A DNA stretch of 45,283 bases from Catajapyx aquilonaris. Its lineage: Eukaryota. This document shows positions 34,704 through 45,283 of this stretch, piece by piece. The stretch is from NCBI GenBank assembly GCA_000934665.2, contig JYFJ02003215.1, positions 1 to 45,283 on the forward strand. Direction: 5' to 3'. Position numbers and translations under genes: made by a program. Positions within the stretch are counted from its first letter, which is position 1; each line of letters starts with the position of its first letter. A model generated the notes under the pieces. It was not told where the DNA came from, ran no database searches, and saw nothing but the letters and a program-made list of their open reading frames with translations.

Positions 34704-37700
34704 AGATATCAAGAATGAAGTCCAATAAACATTTTTTCACATAGTGTGAGCTATTGTAACTGGTGCATATTAGGCCTATATCTATAAGAATAATTGTGGA
34801 AAGAGAAGCGGATTATATTGGGACAGATGCATTAAAATGGAACAATTAAAACCACAAAATCGGCACTTTTTAAATATAATTCAGTAAAATAACTAAAATG
34901 AAAATAAAAATTCCGATAGTTTATTTCGAGTCGCTATTCCTGCGCAAAACACTTGTTTGCTAAAAAAAATTAGCATTACCTACCAAAAACATCCGTGTCT
35001 GACAATAAGCTTCACAAACTCGACTCGTCAACCCTTTTTATAAGCAACTCTTGATGCACCGCGCCTATACCAAATCTGAAATAAGTCACGCTACAATGAT
35101 CCCAGCTAGTTAATGCAACCCTCTTAGACAATTTTTTACCTCAACAAAGACGTAGTTCTCAAAATAATTACCGGCGCAGTAATACCCCGAGCATCATGGA
35201 TGAATGCGTCACTTTTTGTCTCCAAGCATGACTTTCTTTGGCGACTCGGTCATACACGCATGAAACCTGCTGGTTTGACTAATTGACTTGAGAACTTGAA
35301 GGTCTCTTTCACCCTCATTGTCCCCACCATCCCTCCCCCTTTCTTCCCATTTTCCTAGCAAGTTGAGAACATAAAGCGAATGGAGGAGCATGCGAAAATC
35401 ACCCAATCGTGAAAGGATTTTTGAGAGACAGGCGGCTAAGAGAAGAAATGAGAGATGATTTCGTGACTTGGACCTAGCGGAGATCAGTGGGGGGAAAAAG
35501 CCGTCTTCCACGCCAAGGAACATGGTCCCTAATCATCATGATTAGCCGGACACTCAATGACAAATTAGTTTTCAACAAGTACCCGCACACACAATAAACA
35601 CAAGGGGGAAAAAAGGAAGGGAAAATGGTCTCGCACGGACAGTCAGCCAACTAAATTATCAGTTGCAAGCACAAAGTGACCCTTTTTTTTTCCTATCCTC
35701 GTCCTATCCTCTCTCCCACTGTCTTCCTTTTATCCCAAACTTTCGCGTTCGTTTCACCTATCATATTACAGAAATTCTGCTTTTTTTTTTCTCCCTCCCC
35801 TCCCCTATTACCCCCCACCCTTGCAATGTCCCATTCAGGACATGCACTTGCCAAGTCTACTTATTAACTCACGCACGCCCCTTTACCGCTTGCCTGTCCT
35901 TTTGTACCAGATCGTTTGACCATTTGTCACAACTATGCTGTAAATGAGTTACAGTTCTGTCCATGCGTTCCTGGGGGCTTCAGTGTCTTTTCCATGCAAA
36001 AAGGGTGTATTTTTGAAGGTGCAAAGAATTTGTAATTATGAGCATGAACTTGTCAGTAAAATAAGTGTTCTTTCCATGACATCCCTTCTTTGTTAGCACT
36101 ACAATACACCGGATTTGGCAATTACATCATCATGACATCTCCTTTCCTCCTCAGAGAACCTGTAGACAAATGTTGTGAGGTTCAGACGCTTGCAAAGAAA
36201 CATTTAAACCTTTTTCCTATGTCAACCAGCTTATTTAATTTCTTGCTTTACATATTTGTCAGTAATGATATAACAAACCGATTGGGAAATTATTCCACAA
36301 ATTAAGAATGTATAGAAACCCGCCATCCCGTGTTCCGAGTGACCGTGCAATATCTAATTTTGCAAATAAATTCTGCGCAGTTTATTACTAATGAATATGA
36401 CCTTTTAAAAAAGGTTTTTGTGCATTCATTTTGTGTGAGTGAACATATAGAGCTGACCGTAGAAAATTGGGCCTATGCAGCGCGTTCATTGATGCGAGCC
36501 CCCAGCACTACTCACGTACTGCATTCCCGGTAGCTAACAAAACCAAGACAAAAGATCCGATAAAAACGACCATGACTGTGTAATTACCCAACAATAACTT
36601 ACAACATGAGAGACAAGAAAGAAAATAATACATGGAATCGGGTGATAATTACCAACAAAGCTCAAGGTCTCAGATAATTTGAAGGAATAAAAAAATAAAT
36701 GAATGCGATGCAATCCCGTTCACTGTACGGTAAGTTCTCAGAAAAAATGTAACATTACGTTGATTAGCCAATGATGATGTCTGTTACTGAATGGCAAAAA
36801 ATTCTCGGCGAAAACGTCAGCACTCCATTGGTTTTTTTCTCACATATGATTTTTCGTTATTACTTATAATAATATTAATATTAATATTCTACATAATTAT
36901 GTATACTGCTGATGGTTGCACGTATGTAGCGCCAGGATAGGTTAGGCTGAAACATTGTTTCAAGCATGGTTCGCATAATAAGCAATTGCAATATGCATTA
37001 GGAAAGGACTGCAATTTCGAAACAATTTTGTCAATTATTTCCAAAATATGCCATCCATTTTTAAAATATTTACCCTCCATTTTTTATCGTATCGTGCGAA
37101 GTACAGATACGTTATCGAAACCACCAAAAAAAACATCCATAATTCAAGTAATCCACTAAAAAGCGTGTAATTTAAGACTCAGTTCACATAGCGTCCGATA
37201 ATTTAAGTGACACGTGTAACCCCCTCCGAATAATTCTGGTCCTATTACGTAGGTGATCCACATGAATAATACGTAAAGCACACGGAGAATAAGGGCGGAA
37301 GAGGGCCGAGTAAAGCAAGGGCAGGGCAGGACCAAACCGCTTATCTGCGACCAGGAAGGTGGCCGCAGCCCACCTGTTTAAACGCTGCTTTAGATCTAAA
37401 TCAACAATCAAATTGCCACCGTTAGAACTCATTATTTAGTCTAAATGCCATTCCCTGCACGCCATCCGGACTCATTACCATCACCATTGCTTGAACTAAT
37501 GTGTGTTTATATAAAGACCCTAAATGTATGTCAGATGAACGTCTGGTGAGCCTCTTTCAATTTGATCCCTGCAGGTGGCCTCACAGCACAGCCTAAAGTT
37601 CCTCGAATGTCCACGTGGAGGCTTCCTGCTCCTCCAGGGACCATTAATATACACGTGCTGCCAAAGAAAGGAGTTTGCTCCTTCTTCACCCTTTGTCTGT

Positions 37701-40286
37701 ACCTGTCTCTACGCTCGCATCTTACTTCACCACCTTTTGAGTTAAATTATGGGCTCCCAAAATTTGAGCTCATGCCAGGACTACCAAGATACCATGCTTC
37801 TTAGGGGGGGCAAAAGACCCCCGCCACCCTCCGGATATGCTAACAAGCTGAGAGAAGTGCTCTGATTGTTCAGATAAAGAGTCAACCTATTAGTGGGGTA
37901 CTCTGCTTTCAAAATGTGTGTTGCCTTTGCTGCTTCAAATGTCAGATCCGTGTCGGCTGATGTCAAAATAAGCTTTTGGACATTTTAAAGAACAATTGCG
38001 TCCAATACTAACTTATTTGCATAAGTGGTGATCCGAGCATATCATAATCATTCTTAGCACTGAAAAGCGCATTAAAGTGTGCATGATAAGTACAAATGGG
38101 TCAGGAAACACTGTCCTAATCCTAGCGAAAAGCTATTCATAATTCTCATTGTCGCTATCAATTTTATTAGCAATTACACGCGACCTTAAAATTCGAGGTG
38201 ACAGCGTTACAGCTGAAAAAAAACGAGGTCGGTGTAATCAATGAGCATTAATCTGGCGTCCGCCCACATTACTTAGCGTATACATTTCATTTGGACTAAA
38301 TCCTACCACCAATAATACATATCCTGCTAGAAAGTGCGGCAAAAAGTGAAGTGTATCGTGTCGTAGGTGGGGCCACACTACAGCACTTATTCTTCAGATA
38401 AACAAGGGCAAGCACAGTACCTTTTTTTCCAAGGCCTCATCAGTCATCTCCCTAGTTCTTTCAGGGGGGATATTTTTAGTAGTTCTCCTGCGGAGGATAT
38501 TCCTTCTCTGCCAATAACTAACTGGGGAACCCTCCTCACAACATCCCTTCCCCACACCACACTACCAGTCAGGTTGGGAATAATTACCACCAGAAATAGT
38601 TCCTTGCAGACATAAACACATGAGGAGTATAGGCTTCTGGCCGATTCTTTACAGTTTCCTCATTCTCCGTCAGATTATATGTTTACAACGATGCCAAGTT
38701 GGCTGTACCAAAGCAGAAAATAAAGCATTCAAACTGTGATTTGACTGTGTTTCATTTCGCACCGGGAGTAGTTACTTAATAGAGGCTAATTTGGGACGGA
38801 GTATCCGAGCAAAAATAACCTCACTTCAAAGGATCCAGAGACGATAACTAAACCATGAAGTTCCCCACCAGTAGATAGAAGCATTAATTTACTTCCGACC
38901 ACCTTCAATGGAAGATTATTATGTACCTGCACTTGTCAACACAGCCTGCAGCAATTTGGACATAATGACTAGTGGGAATATCACAAATTTAAGTAACTTA
39001 CGCACTATATACATAGAAAATTAAGGTTCAGTGTCATCTAAATCGTGCCAGCAGGAACATTCTTGCAACATGTCTGAAGGTAAGTGAACGTCATTGCTAT
39101 GCTTGTACTGGCAGAAAATTTGGACAAGATCTAATGATATCTAACATCGTATACTGCTGTGTAAAATTATTTTGGTTCTTCTCTATACGGTAGTACTATA
39201 GTGTATATTTCACACCAGAAATTCTAAAATACTTCGTGTCAGTTTGAATGCAAAATTTCTAGATTTGATCCTAGATTTTCATATCTCAGCACATGATGTC
39301 AGGTAGTCGCGTTACTCGCTATAATAAGTCTGCAAAGATATGGGAGTCGCCAACGACGCATGAAAAGAGGAAATACGTAATAATTCCAAGTACTCACCCT
39401 AGGGAAGTCATTTTCTTATCACACGATGCCCATTCCAGATTGCACCTGCAAATAAATAATTTGCATAAGCTGCTACCAGTTACGTCTCATTTTTTTTGCA
39501 CCACTAATGTTGTCATTATAATTTTACTCAACACGCTAGGCGTGTGGTTAATTTCTATCCAGTGTAATGATACCACTTTATAGCTTCAGCAGATGCACGT
39601 AATGTGTAAAAAATTAACCTGTTTTTTTTTACTATGCAGTATATCATCACACATGCTGATGAACATAGTCTAAGGAGAGGTTGGCCGAATAGTGGGTGGT
39701 GGGTGATGGTAGAAGAAGCAATAAGAGAAGCTGTGGGCGAGTCCCCGCGGAGAAATCCGTCTTCCTTTGGAGCGGCTAATGCGAGCAAGCTTAAGGCGAC
39801 ACAATCCCCCCTCTATTTGTTCCTTTCCGCTGCAAATTACTAAAAATTAAGCAAACACAGCTAAGGTCAACTGGCGGGGCTTAATTACCTCGGGGACTTG
39901 TTGCTGCCTTGCTTCCTCCGCCTCCAGATGAGCTCTGGGTTTACTTTGCGGCTCGCCTCAGACAACCTTCCTCTTGTTATATGGCCGGCCGCACCAATCT
40001 CTTTTTCTTTTTCCAGCTTTCTTTAGCCCGTGCCTTCATTTTCTTTCATGCACCACCTTCAAGGCGCCTTTGCCCTTGCTTGTGTCAACCACGAAAATCA
40101 CAACTATAGGGAAGGAACGTCCAGCCCCAAAAATCTGACTTGAACCTAAACAAAACTGTACTTCAAGAATCATGTTTCTTCCTTTCGTCTTATTTTTTAT
40201 TCCTCTCCTTCCCCCTACACCCCACTTCTAGTACATGCCGAGAGCAAAGTGGGATATCCTCCCTTCCACTTGAAGCTTGCCAAGAG

Positions 40287-40320
40287 TATAAAGAGAGAGT
40301 CCAGCTGGGTTTCTTCAGTC
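40287..40320 (+). promoter_or_regulatory. TATA box plus Initiator at canonical spacing (candidate Pol II core promoter)
   Basis: TATAAAG at 40287-40293 and TCAGTC at 40315-40320. The first T of the TATA lies 30 nt upstream of the Inr A (40317). Confidence 0.4.
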
Positions 40321-40565
40321 TCTTCCTTCTCCACTCTGGCTCTCTCGTGATCAGGCCATTGATTTCTTTGCCTTGGCCAAGCCACACTGTAGTTTGTGGC
40401 TATAAGTCCCAGAGAGAGCCTGGACCACGTGCTGGACCTTCCAACTGACCAGCTTCAAAGGGGAGGGAGGAAGGGAGGGATAGGGAGGGATTCCCTAAAG
40501 CCTTACGTCACAGAACGGATTCCCTCAACCTCAGAACAGCTTTCAGGTTTGACCTTCAGGAACAG
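40317..40565 (+). other. Candidate non-coding first exon (5' UTR or lncRNA)
   Basis: 249 nt from the Inr to a CAG|GTAATA splice donor (GT at 40566), with no ATG seen in the interval. Confidence 0.3.
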
Positions 40566-41266
40566 GTAATATTTGGCCAATTTCAGCTTCACAGGTGATA
40601 TGCAAATGTGTGTTTTATAAACTGCCACGTAGAATCAAGTTCTCATGCAGTCCTTAGCCATAAGAGAAATACATCGCAATATCGAATTTCATTAAATTTT
40701 AAAAGCTTTTGTAGTAAAATGCTGCTAAAATTTAGGTACACGTAGGCAGAATACTTCCGATCCTAAAAGGAAGTTTGCACCATTCTTCCTTTCTCGATTC
40801 GATGGCTCTATAGCTGTTGGCAAGCCTTAATAAGTGTAATTTTTTTCAATGCCTCCTACACCATATTGTACCTGGATTTGTGTAGGAGATACTTTTCTAA
40901 TGGCCACAGAAGGTAATAGTAGAACTGTAATTGGAAAAGCTGTCGTCCGATTACATGTGGGTGGACAGTGGAGGCGTAGTGGATTTATACGCCTATAATA
41001 CCCACACAGCAGCACAAATGTCAATAGCAGGTTTAGGAACACTCGGAGACAATCGACCTTATTCAAAACAACACAACGAGCCGGCTATAACTTCTGTAAC
41101 AATAGCGTCTGGACACGCTGTATTCCACCAGGTGTTAAACATGTGTCATCTCATACATTATTGTGATAGCCACTATAGTACTGCTACAAAATGACCCCGT
41201 CAGAAAACTTATTATTGGTCAATATTTTCCAGGGGCTGCAGTATTACACACTTGGAAACTGCAGAT

Positions 41267-41301
41267 GAGAGAGAGGGAGAGAGAGAGAGAGAGAGAGAGA
41301 G
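41267..41301. repeat. (GA)n microsatellite
   Basis: About 17 GA units with one GG interruption. Confidence 0.9.
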
Positions 41302-44300
41302 TAAAAAAAATGAGGCTCCTGCCAGCCTTGGGAGGATATTAAGGAAGTGACCCCCCCATCCCAATCACCCTCCAATATTTTATAGCCCCTAAGCGACCTT
41401 AATTGGTATTTAAAAAATGGTAGTATGCCACGTGCCACACTGTACCATGGCGACAGCCTGCCGCTGGCGTTCGACCTTTTTTCCACCCCCCTCCTTCCTT
41501 CTCCCTTATGAGCCAAGCACCATGAAATGAAGAGAGATTAGAGCTAATCAATCAGGTGACTATAGAGCAAGATGGAGATTGAGCTCCTGCAATTCATGTA
41601 AGAAATAAGGAATCAAAGGTCGGCTCTCTCTCAGTCTCTATGCAGGAAAGGATCCAATTTCTACAACTATATTCATTTCCTACTGCAAAATGAAAGGTCT
41701 GTCTGGTTATGTCATTTCAAATAATACCACAAGTACTGTACATGTAACAAGGTAGCAGCTAAGTTCAGAAAATCGCCAGCTAACCGGTAATTTTAATGGC
41801 ACACCTGGTATATTCCATTTTATGTGCTACAGACACCGCAAAATTTCACGACCAAAATATGCCTATGCCAACAATATCATAAAAGGACACCATTGTCTAA
41901 GTAATAACAGCTGAGGTCGCGGTATGTACTGCACTTTGTATAGTACGTACAGTACGATGTAGTACACATAAATGACAGCAACCTGTTATGAATGGTATAT
42001 ACAATTTTATAAATTCATCAACTTCGTTGATATACTTTCCCACACTATACAGTACGGAGTGAAAACACGCCACACTCCAATCGAGTTACCCAGGTAAACA
42101 CAGATCGTTTCCCCAGCAAACCTCCAGCCAACCAACCCGATCACAGGTGACATGCAGTGCAAAAGACATGCGTGAAGTACCACGTGCTCGCAAGGTGCCA
42201 AGTGCGCAAGAAAAACACCAACCAAACAAACAAAAAAAAAGGGCGGTCTCCCTGCCGCCTGCCTGTCTCTTACCCGCTCACTCTCTTCTCTCGCCAGTCT
42301 GCTGTGGTGGTGTGGATACTACAAAAAAGGTTCCCAAAAAAAAAAAGCGTAACGAAGAAATGGTGGGGTGGATGTGATGGGGGGGAAAGGAAGCAAGTGG
42401 TTTGCGGGAGAGAAGTGACGGAGAAGTCGGCAAACACAACCTGGCTCACACGGCAGGACACGGCCAAATCCCACTCAAATGAAGACGGGGCTAAAATTTT
42501 ATTGCACGAATTAATTATTCACATATTAATTGAGTGCGCCGCGGCGCATGCCAAGTCGGGTCCGGATCAACAAGTCTGCCAACCTTGGTCGAAACCCGTA
42601 GTCAAGTTGTAGAATAATTTGTCAATTCAATCGCTATTATTTTGCCAATATTAATAAATTAATTAACCCCTCCAATACATGCATGGAATAAATAATAAAA
42701 AAATTAATTGCTAAACGACAAACGGTGGGTTGACCAAAATAACAGCTAGTAACTGACTCCTCCGACAATAAGATGATTTGAGTGAGCAAAAAAAGTCCGG
42801 AAGAGGCAAATGAAGCAGTCTTTTGAACTTCTTTGTGAAGAGGCAGCGAATTGGGCTGGGCGGCTTGGAATTTGAGGAGCGGCGTAAAACAGTCGGGCTT
42901 TGTGCCTCTGGAAGGAATGTCTGAGGACAAAGACAGAGAGAAGAGCGTGACGAGGCCTGCGAGAGAAAGGAGGCGTCACGATAATGACCATCGCCAATGC
43001 TCACTTTTGTCGCCGATTCGCCTTCTCTCAGCCTCAAAAGATCCCGCCCTTTTCAAGACAGCGCCATGGACCGGACAGGTGGTCAAGGAGTCTGAACCAG
43101 ACTAAAAAATTCATATCACATATTACTTTCTTGCAATTTACACATTGAATGCGATCCGGATTTTTTTATCAGACAGTTCGGGTATCATTTGGATTGGTGG
43201 TGCAATAGTCGTCAAATATTACAGCGTTGCCAAATGTTGTAGTAGGACACATTGGCATCACACAGTGTTGCTAATTAATTTGAATATGATGGCAGGTGAT
43301 GCTAATGCATTCAGTTTTAGCTTCATGAACATGTGCGATACTATCAGTCATATTTTGGACAAATTGCGTTCAGATTTAAAATATTACAACCCGCAAAAAA
43401 AATTCATCGTAATCGTCACACTTCAACAGCCACATCTCATTCACAATTAACCATTTAAAAATTTCAACGCGAATCAAACAATGTTCAAGTACAGCCACCA
43501 TTCAATTCAACGCGTGCTGCAACGTAAACACTGGCATTGTTAATCCAGCGTGACAGTATGGGGTGCGGGGGTTGAGTCAGTGTTATTGAAGACCCTTCAA
43601 CTTTGGCGTGCGGTGATGTCCCATCAATTCGGCAGGGTTGGCCAGCTTGAACGGAACGGCGGAGCAAGAAAGTCAAAATGGCCGCTGGGCTCCCCCAAGT
43701 TTGATCGATATCAATCGGTCAGGCCTAGTGTATTTTGGCCAACTCCAGTATACGGCCCAGGCCATCACGGTAAGTCTAGTGTCACAACCGTTGGAAGCAA
43801 AAGACGCACAAATTCTGGCCAAAAACAGGAATGGAAGTTAGCCCACCTTTTCTGGACCCTGCAAGTACTTGCATGCACGTAAATGTAATTACGATTTATA
43901 TAGTGCATACTCCAATAACCCCGAGGGCATGCCAGTCGGATCGCTTTGCTTGGGTATGCCCTGTGCTAATGTAATAGTAATAGTGATAGCCGTCGGCACG
44001 TGCTAAATTGTACGTATTCACATGTGACCGTGATAATTAAGATCGGAGAGCGTGATGAAAGGAGGCTTGCTTGCTATGCACGCATGCTGGAGGCCTGTAA
44101 TTAGCTTCCACACATTTATTGGCAATGGCACGAGTTTATTCTGGATAAATACCACCTGGCATGGATAGACAGCATATGCACGTATGCAGGCGTTCTCATC
44201 TAAAGTGGTTGTGATAGGCCTAATAAGACATGTGCGTTGCTGTAACATATTATTTTCAAATTGCCCCGGCCTGTAAAATTAACTGCAGGCCAGCTCCGTG

Positions 44301-45283
44301 TTATTAAAAACAGTGCATGTGACCGCCTTTCGTGACAGTTGTGAAATAATTTAGTTCATTTTTTAAAATTCTTTTAACAGTGGTCACTGCCGCGTGAATA
44401 TTGCAGCAGTTACAATAAACTGAAATATACGGGGGGTCAGCAACTCAACTTAGTAATTTTACCGTGGCAATAATTGCATGGTAATGTTGCAGTAACAGCT
44501 TAGTGGATATCGGTGCCGTACTGTATTGTGTCTCACAACATGTACTGTAAAAATGTACCGCAAACTGCTTGCTTTCAGACTCAAATAATAAAAAAAACAT
44601 TATTCATCTTATGCAAATCTGCCCTTTGTCTACCTTTTTTTCCAGCACTCCCTTTCGTACCTACGGGCCTTCCCAACTCAAGTACCATTCCAGGTAGATC
44701 ATATCAACTGACCGAATCTTCAGGTGGGCTTACAAAGCTACTCCTCACGCCATCTGTTGGATTGCAGCGGGGATTGTTTTACTTCAGGATTCGCAGGAAA
44801 AAAAAGTTTATTTCCCCGAAATGGTTTTCAAATCAGATAGTAATTTACAGCAATCGGATTACTCAAATAATGCTCAGTTAAAAATTCCAATAATCCGAGG
44901 GGAAAGAAGCGTTAGCCCATGTCATGCGGGCGTAACCAAAGAATTCTAATGCAATTATAACTTTCTTGCACGACTCACTAATGAATTAATTTGGCCTGAC
45001 TTGGGATACGTAATAAGCTAAATGCCATTACAAAAGATCTTTGCTAATGAAAGAAATTAGTGCAGCATATCACGTGTTCAAAAAGAGGCGGAAATAAGTA
45101 ATATAAGTTACATTACAACTCTATACTACTAGACTAATGCTAATGACTGTACTGTCAATTTGTCTTAGATACAAATTCAATCTCTTCAGGTACATACCCA
45201 AATGACGTGTGTAGCTAAAATTCATATACGTACGCGCAAATTACAGCGGAGTTACCACTTCCTTATGTTTTCAGAAACTATCA

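Noticed and set aside
43059..43073. CAGCGCCATGGACCG, 13/15 to the REST/RE1 core
   Set aside because: Mismatches fall in conserved positions, the flanks do not match, and canonical RE1 sites are mainly a vertebrate feature.
44269..44466. Possible degraded CACTG-type MITE (GCCTGTAAAATTA ... TAATTTTACCGTG)
   Set aside because: Only 10/13 identity in an AT-rich inverted repeat, no target duplication, and no internal similarity to the other copies.
84..44881. All supplied six-frame ORFs, including the longest (15570-16091, 9487-9984, 42157-42612)
   Set aside because: Short, many starting at GTG/TTG, dominated by F/P/K/G runs from homopolymers, overlapping on both strands, with no recognisable domain such as a homeobox WFQNRR, HMG, zinc finger, RT or transposase motif. 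Small internal exons cannot be excluded.

Overview
This 45.3-kb window looks like non-coding eukaryotic (animal) genomic DNA. None of the supplied six-frame ORFs (all ≤173 aa, mostly low-complexity translations of homopolymer and polypurine tracts) resembles a protein family I recognise. I saw no rRNA, tRNA, known miRNA, CRISPR array or prokaryotic system. The sequence alternates between GC-rich blocks of about 0.5-2 kb and AT-rich spacers. The GC-rich blocks carry poly-G/poly-C and polypurine tracts, TAATTA homeodomain sites, octamers and E-boxes, and CpG is not visibly depleted. By inference this is a repeat-poor cis-regulatory landscape (gene desert or very long intron) near a developmental gene in an invertebrate, possibly an amphioxus-like deuterostome; neither the taxon nor the target gene can be established from the sequence. 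Directly supported structures are: a Tc1/mariner-type MITE with TA target duplication (23275-23444), two related CACTA/CACTG-ended MITE-like copies (17193-17371, 18492-18689), a ~280-bp imperfect palindrome between 6-bp direct repeats (34414-34703), a two-period minisatellite (19525-19924), and small hairpins and microsatellites. Weaker leads are two ATG-free candidate first exons on the + strand, an excess of POU octamers, and a pair of 27-bp palindromic sites with a compensatory change. All motif counts were made by eye and need computational confirmation. I did not find convincing evidence of a new multi-gene system.
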